DNA of 64,000 bases, taken from Chloroflexota bacterium. Its GTDB lineage: Bacteria > Chloroflexota > Dehalococcoidia > Lucifugimonadales > UBA3495. How positions within the stretch are numbered: the first letter of the stretch is position 1; the number at the start of each line of letters is the position of its first letter. Below are positions 1 to 10,658 of this stretch, piece after piece. A program made the translations under genes and the position numbers. The notes beneath the pieces are model-generated. The model did no database searches. It was not told the DNA's origin and saw only the letters and a program-made list of their open reading frames with translations. The DNA lies in assembly GCA_027623675.1 (NCBI GenBank), contig JAQBVF010000002.1, positions 1 through 64,000 on the forward strand, read 5' to 3'.

Positions 1-50
1 TTAAAGCCGGATGGGTCGAGGACTACCTCCTCAAGGTGCTACTTGGTTAA
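1..50 (+). CDS. 3' end of an upstream CDS (partial, ...KAGWVEDYLLKVLLG*)
   Basis: Open frame from the window edge to TAA at 48-50 with GC3-rich codons; identity unknown. Confidence 0.4.
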   Translation, partial: KAGWVEDYLLKVLLG

Positions 51-252
51 GACGCGATTGCCCTGACACCTCCGCCTGTTCAAACGCTGCAAACCCATGA
101 TAGACTTATATTGACTCATTCCGCGATTCGCTAATGGCGGCGTGCGGTGAATCAGGGTTGACTCTGTTGTTGGGTGGTGGCGTCACGAAGCATCTGCAGG
201 CACATGCCGTGCGGCCCCCGAGCGCCGGGCTCGGCGTTGGAAAGGACGGGAT

Positions 253-2085
253 ATGACCGTTGTTGACGACGTAAAAAGCCGGCTGGATATCGTTGAGGTC
301 GTTTCCCAGCGTGTCGCCCTGCAGCGTTCCGGCCGTAGCTACAAGGCCAACTGCCCCTTCCATCAGGAAAAGTCCCCTTCATTCCACGTCTTTCCCGACC
401 GGCAGTCTTGGCGGTGCTTTGGGGCCTGCGCCACCGGCGGCGATGTTCTGTCGTTCGTGATGCGCGCCGAGAACTTGGAGTTTGGCGAGGCTCTGCGGCA
501 GTTGGCCCAGCAGACCGGAGTCACCCTGCCTAAACGGGGCCAGAACCCCCGGGAAGAAGCGGCCCACAAGATAAATGAGGACGCCCGCGCCTACTTCCAG
601 CGCACGCTGGCGTCGGCCCAGGGAGCATCGGCCAGAGAATACCTGGAAGGCCGCAAGATGGACAAGAAGGCCGTGGAGGCTTTCGAGGTCGGTCTTAGCC
701 CAAATGACGGTGAATCGCTGAAGAATCACCTGACCAGAGAGGGATATTCCCTGGAGCAACTGGCCAGCGCCGGGGTCGTACGCACTGGGGACGACGGCCT
801 GGTGCACGATCAATTCCGGGGACGGCTGATGTTCCCGATACGCGACGTGCACGGTAACCTGGTGGGGTTCGGAGCCAGGACCTTGGACGGGTCCGAGCCC
901 AAGTACCTGAACTCGCAACAGGGGCCATTGTTCGATAAAAGCCGGCTGCTGTACTCGATGGACCGGGCACGCACGGAGGTAAGGAAACAGGGCGCGGTCA
1001 TCGTCGAAGGCTATATGGACGCCATCGCGGCCCACCAAGCGGGATTCACCAACGTCGTGGCCCAGATGGGAACTGCTTTAACAGAATTTCAGGTTGATGA
1101 GATCCGGCGTCTCACGGGTAAGATGACCATGGCCCTTGACCAGGACGCGGCCGGTCAGGCAGCCACGTTGCGCAGTTTGGACGTGATCCTGGAGAGTTTC
1201 CGGACCAAGGTGAGCAAGCCAGGCCCCGACGGTTCTCCCCAATCTGCCGACCCCGACCTGAGAATCATAGTGATGCCGCCGGGGCAGGACCCGGATGACG
1301 TGATTCACCGGTCGCCATCCGATTGGGCCAGGTTGGTTGAAACCGCCATTCCGGCATACACATTCAGGCTGAACGCGATAATCGACCAAGGAGACGTGGC
1401 CACTCCCGAGGGCAAGGCCGAGATCGTCGCCAGGTGCGCTCCGATCGTTCACCTGGTCGGCGAGGGCATCCAACAGGCCAGCGCCATCGAGCTGCTGGCG
1501 ACCAAACTCGGGGTGCCCATCGACACCGTCAAGGCTGCCCTGAGCCGCCCCTCGGTGGCCCGGCGCACGCGGCGTCCGGAACAACAGCGGCGCGCGGCGG
1601 CGACATCGTCGCCCTTCGCCAAGTTGGACCACGACCCGATAGAGGAGCACTGCCTGCAATTGCTTTTGGGGCACCCGGAGCTACGGGAATTGGCCCAGGG
1701 GCTGCGGCCGGAGTTCTTCCGGCGGCACGAAAACCGAGAGCTTTTCAGCCGGTGGCTGGACGCAGGCACTGGGATGGACAAAGATGAAATAGTGGCGTCG
1801 ATCAAACGCAGCGGCGATGACGAGGTATCGGCGCAGTTGAATGCGTTGTTGTCGAAGCCGGTGATTCCGCTGGACTTCAACGGGCGGACTTCCTCGCTGA
1901 AGGAAGTAACGTCACGGCTGGAAGAGCGGAACCTGCGGATCCTAAAATCTGAAGAAGTTATTCGTTTCTCCGAATCCCCTCCAGACCTGGAGGACGGAGA
2001 ACACGGCGACATACTGCGATTGAACGAGCAGATCAAAAAGAACGAAGGCCTACGGAGAGGCCAGGTCCAGGAAATCTCCGGCTGA
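253..2085 (+). CDS. dnaG: DNA primase
   Basis: CHC2 zinc finger (CPFHQEKSPSF...CFGAC), FRGRLMFPI, KYLNS, TOPRIM VEGYMD and DQDAAG; directly upstream of rpoD. Confidence 0.97.
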   Translation: MTVVDDVKSRLDIVEVVSQRVALQRSGRSYKANCPFHQEKSPSFHVFPDRQSWRCFGACATGGDVLSFVMRAENLEFGEALRQLAQQTGVTLPKRGQNPREEAAHKINEDARAYFQRTLASAQGASAREYLEGRKMDKKAVEAFEVGLSPNDGESLKNHLTREGYSLEQLASAGVVRTGDDGLVHDQFRGRLMFPIRDVHGNLVGFGARTLDGSEPKYLNSQQGPLFDKSRLLYSMDRARTEVRKQGAVIVEGYMDAIAAHQAGFTNVVAQMGTALTEFQVDEIRRLTGKMTMALDQDAAGQAATLRSLDVILESFRTKVSKPGPDGSPQSADPDLRIIVMPPGQDPDDVIHRSPSDWARLVETAIPAYTFRLNAIIDQGDVATPEGKAEIVARCAPIVHLVGEGIQQASAIELLATKLGVPIDTVKAALSRPSVARRTRRPEQQRRAAATSSPFAKLDHDPIEEHCLQLLLGHPELRELAQGLRPEFFRRHENRELFSRWLDAGTGMDKDEIVASIKRSGDDEVSAQLNALLSKPVIPLDFNGRTSSLKEVTSRLEERNLRILKSEEVIRFSESPPDLEDGEHGDILRLNEQIKKNEGLRRGQVQEISG

Positions 2086-2097
2086 GGAGGCACAAAT

Positions 2098-3690
2098 ATG
2101 GTCCGACGAAGAGACAGCTCAAGCGAATTGACCCCAGAGGACTTCCTAGAATCCAGGCAGGATGACTCTGATTCCCCGAACCCCGTTCTGGACATAATCC
2201 GCAACGTGGATGCCGCACGTGATGATGAGGGGACCGATCCCGACGGCATGCCCGCCGGCCGACCGGCTACCCTGATCGAAAGTACGGGCGACGCTGCCTG
2301 GGAAGGCGGAACACCGGCAGCCGAGAAAGACGGCGAAACCACCGAAACCGCTGAAACCGCCGACGCCAATGACGACGAGGAGCCCGAATGGGAGCCTGAG
2401 ACCGAGTCGGTCGAGGTGTTGGACGACCCCGTGCGCATGTATCTGCGGGAGATCGGGCGGGTGCGCCTGCTCACCTCCGCGGATGAGCGCTCCCTGGCCC
2501 GCAAGATCGAGGGCGGGAAGCATCTGGAAGCCCTGCGCAATGAATTGACCGAGCTTGAGGGCCGCCCACCACGGTCATGGGAGATCACCGCCGGACTGCT
2601 GAAACGCATGGTTGATGCAGCCCCGCTGGTGAAATCGCTGTCCGAGCAGTTGGGGTTGCCTTCTGATTTGACCATCTCCCAGATCACCGACCATCAGAAG
2701 CTGCGTGACGCCATCGACGCCGAGGTTTCGGTGGACCTGCTGGCGGCCATGGGCGAAGACCTGAATGAATACCCGGACGACGTGTACCAGAGGGTTATCG
2801 CGCTCTCTCTGAGCTCCTGGTTAGTGCCGCCTGACGCGGTGGACGTCCTGGAGGACTCGACCCTTGACCAGTTGGACGCCAAGCTGTCGGAGCTGAGCAG
2901 CTTCTCGGACCTGCAGGAACTGGACCCGCTATTCCGGGCCTATTTCCGGCGGATCGATGCCGAGAGCGAACGCGCCCAAGCCCGCCTGACCGAAGCCAAC
3001 CTACGGCTGGTGGTCAGCGTAGCCAAGAAGTACATCGGGCGCGGCATGGCGCTGCTGGACATGATCCAGGAAGGGAACATCGGGCTGATTCGCGCGGTGG
3101 AAAAGTTCGACTACCGCAAGGGCTACAAGTTCAGCACCTACGCCACCTGGTGGATCCGCCAAGCCATCACCAGGGCCATCGCCGACCAGGCGCGGACCAT
3201 CCGGATCCCGGTGCATATGGTGGAAACCATCAACAAACTGATGCGCCAACACCGCCGGCTGCTTCAGGAGTACGGTCGCGAGCCCACTCCTGAGGAGATC
3301 GGCCTGGCCATGGAGATCGGGCCGGAAAAGGTTGAGGAGATCCTGAAGATATCCCAGGAACCGGTGTCTTTGGAAACGCCCATCGGCGAAGAAGAGGACT
3401 CCCATCTGGGGGACTTCATCGAAGACCGCAACGCACTGGCGCCGGCCGATGCGGCGTCGTTCCAACTGCTTAAGGAGCAGGTTGGCGAGGTGCTGCACAC
3501 CCTGACCGAGCGTGAAGCCCGGGTGCTCCAGCTCCGGTTCGGGCTGGAAGATGGACGGAGCCGCACACTGGAAGAGGTTGGACGAGAGTTCGGCGTAACC
3601 CGTGAACGGATCCGTCAGATCGAAGCCAAAGCGTTACGGAAGCTGCGCCACCCCACCCGCTCCCGGAAGCTCAAGGACTTCCTCGAGTAA
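2098..3690 (+). CDS. rpoD: RNA polymerase primary sigma factor
   Basis: [12 protein letters not shown] (1.2), [73 protein letters not shown]. Confidence 0.97.
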   Translation: MVRRRDSSSELTPEDFLESRQDDSDSPNPVLDIIRNVDAARDDEGTDPDGMPAGRPATLIESTGDAAWEGGTPAAEKDGETTETAETADANDDEEPEWEPETESVEVLDDPVRMYLREIGRVRLLTSADERSLARKIEGGKHLEALRNELTELEGRPPRSWEITAGLLKRMVDAAPLVKSLSEQLGLPSDLTISQITDHQKLRDAIDAEVSVDLLAAMGEDLNEYPDDVYQRVIALSLSSWLVPPDAVDVLEDSTLDQLDAKLSELSSFSDLQELDPLFRAYFRRIDAESERAQARLTEANLRLVVSVAKKYIGRGMALLDMIQEGNIGLIRAVEKFDYRKGYKFSTYATWWIRQAITRAIADQARTIRIPVHMVETINKLMRQHRRLLQEYGREPTPEEIGLAMEIGPEKVEEILKISQEPVSLETPIGEEEDSHLGDFIEDRNALAPADAASFQLLKEQVGEVLHTLTEREARVLQLRFGLEDGRSRTLEEVGREFGVTRERIRQIEAKALRKLRHPTRSRKLKDFLE

Positions 3691-3903
3691 GACCGAAAGC
3701 AAAACCTGGAGCAAGGCCAGACGCATCTAACAAACAGAGAACGAATACGGGCCGGGCGACATAACTATGAGATTCGTTATTATGTTGCCTGGTCTCGTTA
3801 TTATTAGTAATCATCGTGTCATATTCTGTTGTTCTGTGGAAAATGGCGGTGGTATACTCGGCCCATTCCGAGTTGGGAGGAAGACTTAGTGCAAGAATCG
3901 GCC

Positions 3904-4101
3904 ATGCCCAAATGTATGAGTTGTGAGGTTGGGAGTCTTGTCCCTCTCTCGGACTACGGCGGCCAGGGCGCCGCGGTCCATTACAAGGCCTGGGTCTGCA
4001 TCAACCCATCCTGCGGGTTCAATATCAAGATACGGAACGGCGACATATACCTCAACGAGCCGATATCACCCGGCGGCATGAACACCCCTAGGACGCGCTA
4101 G
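3904..4101 (+). CDS. small zinc-ribbon protein (65 aa)
   Basis: CxxC (CMSC) and CxxxxC (CINPSC); ATG at 3904 inside the listed ORF; TGGTATACT extended -10-like element near 3850. Confidence 0.65.
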   Translation: MPKCMSCEVGSLVPLSDYGGQGAAVHYKAWVCINPSCGFNIKIRNGDIYLNEPISPGGMNTPRTR

Positions 4102-4234
4102 TCTGGAGCGTCGGCATTGGCCGTTCTGTGGGGTCGTCTGGTACCCGGACGTTGTGTATCTAAGGAACTACCGCGCTCTCCCTTGATTCATTAATTACGG
4201 GCGGTGGGTGTCGAGGAGGTGGAAAGTAAGTAGC

Positions 4235-5038
4235 ATGGAAGCTGGTTACGATTATGTGTTCATCAGGGACCAACTACGGCGGCGTATCGCCAGGTTCACA
4301 GGAATATTCCTTCTAGTCTTTGGTTTTCTGTTGCTGGCCTCCGGTGGCATCTACTACGGTTACTCAGCCAAAGCCAAGTCAGACCTCGATGGTCTGGTGG
4401 CCGTGCTTGAGCCGCGCACAGTCAACGCCATAACGGGCAGTTCCGCCTCCAACGTAAGTCTGTTCCCCGGCAAGGCTCTCAGCGCCGCTTCGTGGGACAA
4501 CCCCTACAGCTACGAACCAGCCTCTCTGCGAGAGCAAACCTTGCTGAAAGGCTTCTCGCCCATCGGCGCCGACAGAATCAGCGTCCCTGCGGCAGTCCCA
4601 TCCACTAGGATATTGGTCCCCGCCATAGGCATCGACTCGACGATCTCCGAATTGTCCATCCTGGACCGGGGCGATAGCCGGGCCTACGAAAGCCCCGATA
4701 ACATCGTAGGCCACATCCCTGAGTCGGCCAACGCCGGCCAGCCGGGCACGTCATGGTTCTTCGGACACACCGAAAGTCCTGTCAGCCGGGAAGGGTCGGT
4801 CTTCTTCAATCTGCAGAAGGTCCCTGAGAAATTGCGCAACGGAGAAGACATCTTCATCATCACCGATAACGGCGTCAATCAGTTCCTTTACCGGGCAACA
4901 TCCACCCAAGTGGTTCACCAGAACGACCTGCGGTTGGACGCCACGCCGGACTCGGACATCAACCTGGTATCGTCGGTCCCGCGGTTCGTTTACGATTACC
5001 GGTTAGTGGTGTCTGGAGAACTTATCGGCCTGAAGTAA
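4235..5038 (+). CDS. sortase-family protein (catalytic Cys position is Ser)
   Basis: N-terminal TM helix, RILVPAIGID, GH.P.S..AG, FGH, F..L, NLVSSVP...YRLVV. Confidence 0.8.
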   Translation: MEAGYDYVFIRDQLRRRIARFTGIFLLVFGFLLLASGGIYYGYSAKAKSDLDGLVAVLEPRTVNAITGSSASNVSLFPGKALSAASWDNPYSYEPASLREQTLLKGFSPIGADRISVPAAVPSTRILVPAIGIDSTISELSILDRGDSRAYESPDNIVGHIPESANAGQPGTSWFFGHTESPVSREGSVFFNLQKVPEKLRNGEDIFIITDNGVNQFLYRATSTQVVHQNDLRLDATPDSDINLVSSVPRFVYDYRLVVSGELIGLK

Positions 5039-5080
5039 AGGCAAATGCGGCCCACGCGCGTAAGCAACAGCGAACGAAAT

Positions 5081-5120
5081 ACCCCTCGCGTCACACCAAG
5101 TGAAGCGGGGGGTCTCTTTT
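5081..5120 (+). terminator. probable intrinsic terminator
   Basis: ACCCCTCGC...GCGGGGGGT stem followed by CTCTTTT. Confidence 0.55.
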
Positions 5121-5223
5121 CCGCCTCCGTAAACTGCATTAGCCAAGCAGGCAGCGCCGTCAATCACAAGTTAGGTATACTACAAACCCGCCGCCGGCAA
5201 GCCGTCCAAATGGGAGTTGCAAC

Positions 5224-6129
5224 TTGAACGACCTCTCCAGCGTGGACTTCATCCAAACTCCGGTGCTCAACATCGGGTATGGCGATTTCGGGGACAGATC
5301 CGGATTTCCAGTAATGCTGCTGCACGGGTTCCCTTATGACGTGCGCTCTTGGGATGGTGTTGTCCCGGACCTGGTTGCGGCTGGCTATAGAGTTCTAACA
5401 CCCTATATCCGGGGATACGGGCCCACCACATTCCTCGATGACGGCGCCCCGCGCATGGCCGAACAGGCCGCCATCGCCCAAGACGTGGTCGACTTCGCCG
5501 AAGCCCTGGGGATCGGCCGGTTCGCCCTGGCGGGTTTCGATTGGGGGAACCGCGCCGCCTGCATCACGTCCATCTTGCATCCCGAGATGGTCAAGGCCCA
5601 GGTGGCCATCGGCGGCTATTCGGTGCAGAACACCGTCGAGAAGGAGCGGCCCGCTTCGGCCCTGGAAGAGGCCCACCGGTGGTATCAATGGTATTTCAAC
5701 ACGGAGCAGGGGCGCGTAGGTTTGGAGGAGAACCGGAGAGACATCATCCGCCACCTGTGGGAAACATGGTCGCCCACCTGGACGTACACCGACGAAGCGT
5801 TCAATGCAGCGGCACCCTCATTCGACAACCCCGATTTCGTGGAGATCACCCTCCATTCGTACCGGCACCGGCATATGAACGCGCCGGGGGAGGAACGGTT
5901 CCTGGGGGTAGAGCGAGAGCTGGCGGCAGGCCCCCCGATCTTGGTGCCGTCCATCGTGCTAAGGGGGGCTGACAGCGGCTTCGGCGCGCCCAGCCAGGAC
6001 CCAACGGAAGACCAGAGGAGATTTCCCGGTCTTGTTGCACGCCGCATCGTTGCCGGCGCGGGGCATGACCTGCCGGTCCAGCGTCCCGATGCGGTTTCGG
6101 CGGCGCTGATCGAACTGCTGGGGAGGTAG
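5224..6129 (+). CDS. alpha/beta hydrolase (epoxide-hydrolase-like)
   Basis: LLHGFP, GFDWG nucleophile elbow, C-terminal GH. Confidence 0.85.
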   Translation: MNDLSSVDFIQTPVLNIGYGDFGDRSGFPVMLLHGFPYDVRSWDGVVPDLVAAGYRVLTPYIRGYGPTTFLDDGAPRMAEQAAIAQDVVDFAEALGIGRFALAGFDWGNRAACITSILHPEMVKAQVAIGGYSVQNTVEKERPASALEEAHRWYQWYFNTEQGRVGLEENRRDIIRHLWETWSPTWTYTDEAFNAAAPSFDNPDFVEITLHSYRHRHMNAPGEERFLGVERELAAGPPILVPSIVLRGADSGFGAPSQDPTEDQRRFPGLVARRIVAGAGHDLPVQRPDAVSAALIELLGR

Positions 6130-6201
6130 CTCCGCCAACGGCATTCAACGTACGAAACCAGCGGCGCTCACCAGCGCCACTCACCCGCGCCGACCAAAAG
6201 A

Positions 6202-6229
6202 AAAGAGACGCCAATCACGGCGTCTCTTT
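6202..6229. terminator. bidirectional intrinsic terminator
   Basis: AAAGAGACGCC-aatcac-GGCGTCTCTTT between convergent genes. Confidence 0.7.
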
Positions 6230-6256
6230 CAAGTTTCTGAATCCCGAACTTCGGAG

Positions 6257-7483
6257 CTACGCGTTGGCTTCGACAGTTCCCTCGTCAACGCGGCGGATGC
6301 GCAGTTTGCGGAGACGGCGTCCCAACATACTCACAACTTCTATGTGCAGGTTGTCGGACTGCACCGTGTCTCCAGCCTGGGGGATGCGCCCCAGGTTGTG
6401 GTAGACATAACCGCCGACAGTGTCCACTTCGCTGGCCTCGATGGTGGTGCCGAATATCTCGTCAACATGCTCCGTGGTGACCCCCGCGTCAACCAGCACG
6501 GTGCCGTCGGGCTGGTGAATAACATGGGCGTCTCTTGAGCGCGAGAACTCGTCCTCGATCTCGCCGACGATCTCCTCCAGAACATCTTCCATGGTGACCA
6601 GGCCCTCGGTGCCGCCGTATTCGTCCACAACGATGGCGATCTGGGTCCGGCGTTCCTGCAGGTCCTCCAGCAGATCGTCGACCCGCTTGGTCTCGGGGAC
6701 GATGAACGCCTCGCGCACCAGGTCGCGCAGGCTGTTCTTCGGCTTGGACCACACCAGGGCGGCGAGGACGTCGCGGGCGTGGATGATGCCCAATATCTTG
6801 TCCATGGTTTCTTCGTATACCGGCAGCCGGCTATGGCCCCGGCTGACCATGATCTCGGCAACGGCCTCAAGGGAAGAGTCGGCCTCGACAGCGGCCATGT
6901 CCAGACGGGGCACCATGACTTCTCTGACGGTGGTGGCGTCCAATCGGATGATGGACCGAAGCATCTCCCGGTCGCGGTCATCCAGGTTCGTTATCTCGTC
7001 TTCAGTGATCACCCGTTCTTCCAGCTCGGCTGCTGTCATGCTGCTGGATTGGGCTGCCTGTCCATTGCCGTTGCTGTAGCCATTAACGGCGGCCAGCGTC
7101 ATCTCTTCATTGGTTGAACCGCGGGAACGGCCAATAGGCCATGACAATACAGGGTAGCGGTTGCTCAGGTAGCTGGCGGCGCGGTCGATCAAACCAAGCC
7201 CGGCCAACAGACCTAAGGCCATGAACGCGATGGGGAACCAATCGGTGGTGACCGTGCCTTGGACCAAGGCAAGGCCGGAGAGGGCAACCGCGAAGAGACA
7301 GGCCGCTTTCAACCAGGAGATAAGCGAACCGAAGAACGCCGTGGGGTTCTCATCTCTGCCGGCGGGACCGGGAGAATTACCCGGGCGCAGAACGCTCAGG
7401 TATGAGAACACAAGAAGGGAGGCTACTAAAACTATGGTTTGTGGTAAATAATCTGTATCCAAACACCCCGTCCCCCCGGTCAA
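6257..7483 (-). CDS. HlyC/CorC family CBS-domain membrane protein
   Basis: TM N-terminus, VREVMVPR, GHSRLPVY, VVDEYGGTEGLVTMEDVLEEIVGEIEDE, CorC C-domain; start uncertain. Confidence 0.88.
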   Translation of the reverse strand: MTGGTGCLDTDYLPQTIVLVASLLVFSYLSVLRPGNSPGPAGRDENPTAFFGSLISWLKAACLFAVALSGLALVQGTVTTDWFPIAFMALGLLAGLGLIDRAASYLSNRYPVLSWPIGRSRGSTNEEMTLAAVNGYSNGNGQAAQSSSMTAAELEERVITEDEITNLDDRDREMLRSIIRLDATTVREVMVPRLDMAAVEADSSLEAVAEIMVSRGHSRLPVYEETMDKILGIIHARDVLAALVWSKPKNSLRDLVREAFIVPETKRVDDLLEDLQERRTQIAIVVDEYGGTEGLVTMEDVLEEIVGEIEDEFSRSRDAHVIHQPDGTVLVDAGVTTEHVDEIFGTTIEASEVDTVGGYVYHNLGRIPQAGDTVQSDNLHIEVVSMLGRRLRKLRIRRVDEGTVEANA

Positions 7484-7552
7484 CCCGCGTATCTGCCGCG
7501 GCCCATATGGCCCGCGTCTGGAAAGGTGCCTGCGGGAAGAGCTGCCGGGAGG

Positions 7553-8917
7553 TCAGTTGGGACCTGTACGTCTATCTAATATTCTAGCAGGAACGCCAAC
7601 AGCTAGTCTAGCCGCCGGGACGTCTTTCGTGACGACCGCGCCCGCCCCTGTGACGGCGGCGGCGCCGACGGTAACTGGGGCCACCAGCAGAGTGTCACAG
7701 CCGATGAACGCGCCGCTCTCCACCACCGAACGGTGTTTTTCCCGGCCATCGTAATTGCAGGTCACCGTGCCCGCGCCCACGTTGACGTTGGAACCGATGG
7801 ACGCGTCGCCAATGTACCCGAAATGGCCCATTACAGCGCCCGCCGCAAAACGGCTCTCTTTCACTTCGACGTAGTTTCCGATATGCACGCCAGACTCCAG
7901 GTAAGCGCCGGGCCTCAGATGGCTGAACGGACCGACATCCACCCCGGATTCCATGACCGCCTCTTCCATCGCGGAAGATGTCACCCGGCAATCGTTCCCG
8001 ATGGCCGAGTCTCTGATCACCGAGCCAGGTCCGATCTCGCATCCGGAGCCGATGACCGTTCTTCCCAAGAGCATGGTATTGGGCAACACCACGGTGTCCT
8101 GTCCGATCACCACGCCGTCGTCAATCATCACTGAAGACGGGTTGGTGATGGTCACCCCTTCCAGCATCAATCGCTCCCTGATCCGGCGGCGTTGAATGTC
8201 CTCCAGGTGGGCCAGTTCCACCCGGTTATTGATCCCCAGGACCTCAACGGAGTCGTCTACCGGCTGGGCTGCCACCAAGTCCCCTTGCCTAGAGGCGATT
8301 CCCGCCAGGTCAGTCAGGTAACGCTCGGGACTACCGCCGGCCGCCACCTGGCCCAGGTTCGCCCACAGCCAATCGGCTTGGAAGCAGTAAACCCCCGAGT
8401 TGACCTCCACTGTCTGCCCGGCCCTGGCGGCGTCATCGGTGTACTCAATGATGGCGTTAACGCCCTGCTGAGAACCGGTATCCCTGCTGATGCGCCCCAG
8501 GCCGTGGCCGTCTTGCACCAGGCCGGAAAGGATGGACATCTGCCGGCCGCCCTCGATGTGGCCTTCAACAAGCTCGCGCACCGAGTCTTCAGTCACCAAC
8601 GGGGAATCTCCGCCCATGACGACGATATCGCGCGCGCCGCGGACGGTTACGGAGGACGCAGCTTCCACCGCTCCGGCCGTTCCTGTCCTGGCTTGTTGAA
8701 CGGCGTATTGCACCGAATCTCCCAGCAGTGCTTTGACCGCATCCTGATTGGACGGCGAAACCACCACAACGATGCTTTCCACGCCCAACTTACCCAACAG
8801 TTCCACGGGATACCGAAGCAACTCTTTGCCGCAGAGCCGGTGCAGCACCTTGGGCAACCGGGACTTCATCCTGGTTCCCTCGCCGGCGGCCAGTATTATG
8901 CCTGCCAAGTTGTCCAT
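7553..8917 (-). CDS. glmU: bifunctional UDP-GlcNAc pyrophosphorylase/glucosamine-1-P acetyltransferase
   Basis: ILAAGEGTRMKSRLPKVLH, hexapeptide repeats, NVGAGTVTCNYDG. Confidence 0.96.
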   Translation of the reverse strand: MDNLAGIILAAGEGTRMKSRLPKVLHRLCGKELLRYPVELLGKLGVESIVVVVSPSNQDAVKALLGDSVQYAVQQARTGTAGAVEAASSVTVRGARDIVVMGGDSPLVTEDSVRELVEGHIEGGRQMSILSGLVQDGHGLGRISRDTGSQQGVNAIIEYTDDAARAGQTVEVNSGVYCFQADWLWANLGQVAAGGSPERYLTDLAGIASRQGDLVAAQPVDDSVEVLGINNRVELAHLEDIQRRRIRERLMLEGVTITNPSSVMIDDGVVIGQDTVVLPNTMLLGRTVIGSGCEIGPGSVIRDSAIGNDCRVTSSAMEEAVMESGVDVGPFSHLRPGAYLESGVHIGNYVEVKESRFAAGAVMGHFGYIGDASIGSNVNVGAGTVTCNYDGREKHRSVVESGAFIGCDTLLVAPVTVGAAAVTGAGAVVTKDVPAARLAVGVPARILDRRTGPN

Positions 8918-8966
8918 TACATTACCCCTGTCGTTGAGCGGTGGTCCAGCGTGGGCTGGTGTCAGG

Positions 8967-8975
8967 ATTATAGCA
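8967..8975 (-). promoter_or_regulatory. extended -10 element for glmU
   Basis: TGCTATAAT on the minus strand ~50 nt upstream of the start. Confidence 0.5.
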
Positions 8976-9043
8976 GTGAGAGCCGGGATCCCCTCGCCTG
9001 CCGCATAGCCCGTACCGGCTTATCCATGGGCGGCGGTTTCACG

Positions 9044-9072
9044 TTGACAACGCGCCTGGCCGGAGTCAAAAT
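9044..9072 (+). promoter_or_regulatory. sigma70-type promoter for amidase
   Basis: TTGACA-17 nt-CAAAAT. Confidence 0.45.
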
Positions 9073-9137
9073 GGCCGTGCTTCAGCTTCGCCCACATCTT
9101 TCACCGTATCCGTTAAAAGAAGGACGATTTCGACCTG

Positions 9138-10553
9138 ATGGACAAAGCAGACCTGCCCTTTTTATCGGCCACCGAACTGGCATCCTTGATCAAGTCCCGC
9201 CAGGTATCCCCGGTGGAGGCCACCCAGGCATACCTGGACCGCATCGCACAGGTTGACGGCAAGCTCAACTCCTTCATCACGGTGACCGGCGACCGGGCCA
9301 TGGCCGACGCCCGCCTGGCCGATCAGGAGATCGCATCCGGCAGGTACCGCGGCCCGATGCACGGGATCCCGGTGGCGGTCAAAGACCAGTTCAACACCAA
9401 GGGGATTCTCACGACCGGCGGCTCCACCATATTAAGGGAATTTATCCCGGACGAAGACGCCACGGTTGTAAGCAAGTTGGACCGGGCTGGAGCAGTGCTG
9501 CTGGGCAAGCTGAACATGAGCGAATTCGCCATGGGCGACGCCTTCCACCACCCCTACGGGCGGCCCCGCAATCCCTGGGACCTGTCCCGGAACCCGGGCA
9601 CGTCCAGCAGCGGCTCAGGCGCGGCCACCGCGGCTTTCCTGTGCGCCACGTCGCTGGGCGAAGACACCGGCGGTTCCATCCGCGGCCCGGCCTCGTTCTG
9701 CGGGTTGGTCGGCATCCGGCCTTCTTGGGGGCGGGTTAGCCGCCACGGCGTACTGGCCGCTTCCTGGTCCATGGACCAGGTTGGCCCGATATCGCGCACC
9801 GTTTCCGACTGCGCCATGACGCTGGGCGCCATCGCCGGGCACGACCCCAAAGACGGCCACACCTGGGACGTGCCGGTGCCCGATTACCTGGCGTCCCTTG
9901 AGGGAGGCATCCGGGGCCTGAAAGTTGGCGTTATCACCGAGCGGGTGCAGAGCGATGTCGTCGACCCGCAGGTGCGCGACCTGGTTCTTCAAGCCATCAG
10001 CCAGTTGGGCGAGTTGGGCGCCGTCACGGAAGAGATTGATATCCCGCTGATGGCCCAGTCGGCCGCCATCTCCACCGCCGTGACATATGGCGACGTTTCC
10101 GGGGTGCACCGCGAGGGCATCGAGCAGCGCCTCCACGATTACGACTACAACGTCCAGCTTCGGCTGCTTACCGGGGCCATCCTGCCGGCCCAGGCACATC
10201 AGAAGGCGGTGCGGCTGCGGCACATGCTCCGGGAGCAGATATTGGAGGCCCTGAAACGGGTGGATGTCCTGGTGATGCCAACCTCGTCCATCCCGGCGTC
10301 GCCCATACCCGCAATGGCCGGCGTCGCCAGCAAAGAGGAGTTTATGGAGATGCTGGGCGGACGGCGCAGTTACACCGCCCCGTTCAACCTGGGCAGCGTA
10401 CCGGCCCTGTCGATCAACTGCGGTTTCACCTCGGACAACCTGCCCGTGGGGCTCCAGATCGCCGGTCGTCCCTTCGATGAGTCAACCGTCTTCCGCGTGG
10501 CCTACGCCTACGAGCAGGCCACCGATTGGCACACCCGCCGCCCACCTGTCTAG
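9138..10553 (+). CDS. amidase-signature family amidase
   Basis: GIPVAVKD, PGTSSSGS, GEDTGGSIRGPA (Lys-cisSer-Ser triad). Confidence 0.92.
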   Translation: MDKADLPFLSATELASLIKSRQVSPVEATQAYLDRIAQVDGKLNSFITVTGDRAMADARLADQEIASGRYRGPMHGIPVAVKDQFNTKGILTTGGSTILREFIPDEDATVVSKLDRAGAVLLGKLNMSEFAMGDAFHHPYGRPRNPWDLSRNPGTSSSGSGAATAAFLCATSLGEDTGGSIRGPASFCGLVGIRPSWGRVSRHGVLAASWSMDQVGPISRTVSDCAMTLGAIAGHDPKDGHTWDVPVPDYLASLEGGIRGLKVGVITERVQSDVVDPQVRDLVLQAISQLGELGAVTEEIDIPLMAQSAAISTAVTYGDVSGVHREGIEQRLHDYDYNVQLRLLTGAILPAQAHQKAVRLRHMLREQILEALKRVDVLVMPTSSIPASPIPAMAGVASKEEFMEMLGGRRSYTAPFNLGSVPALSINCGFTSDNLPVGLQIAGRPFDESTVFRVAYAYEQATDWHTRRPPV

Positions 10554-10607
10554 GCGGGAATAGCCGCTATTGAAAAGCCGCCCGCACCAGAATCCACTCC
10601 CACCAAC

Positions 10608-10640
10608 GTCATTCTGAGGAGTGAAGCGACGAAGAATCCC
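10608..10640 (+). repeat. GTC-tagged REP-like hairpin (left flank of GIY-YIG gene)
   Basis: GTC-ATTCT-GA-G-GA-GT-GAA-GC-GA-C-GA-AGAAT-CCC; same family as 13579 and 30059. Confidence 0.8.
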
Positions 10641-10658
10641 GTCGCTGCCCAACAAACC

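Noticed and set aside
1449..2687. Long antisense ORFs (412 aa here; also 55117-56658, 59397-60578, 61411-62559)
   Set aside because: Shadow frames of well-supported genes in high-GC DNA.
9138..10553. GatA of Glu-tRNA(Gln) amidotransferase
   Set aside because: No gatB/gatC context; one of several generic amidase paralogs.
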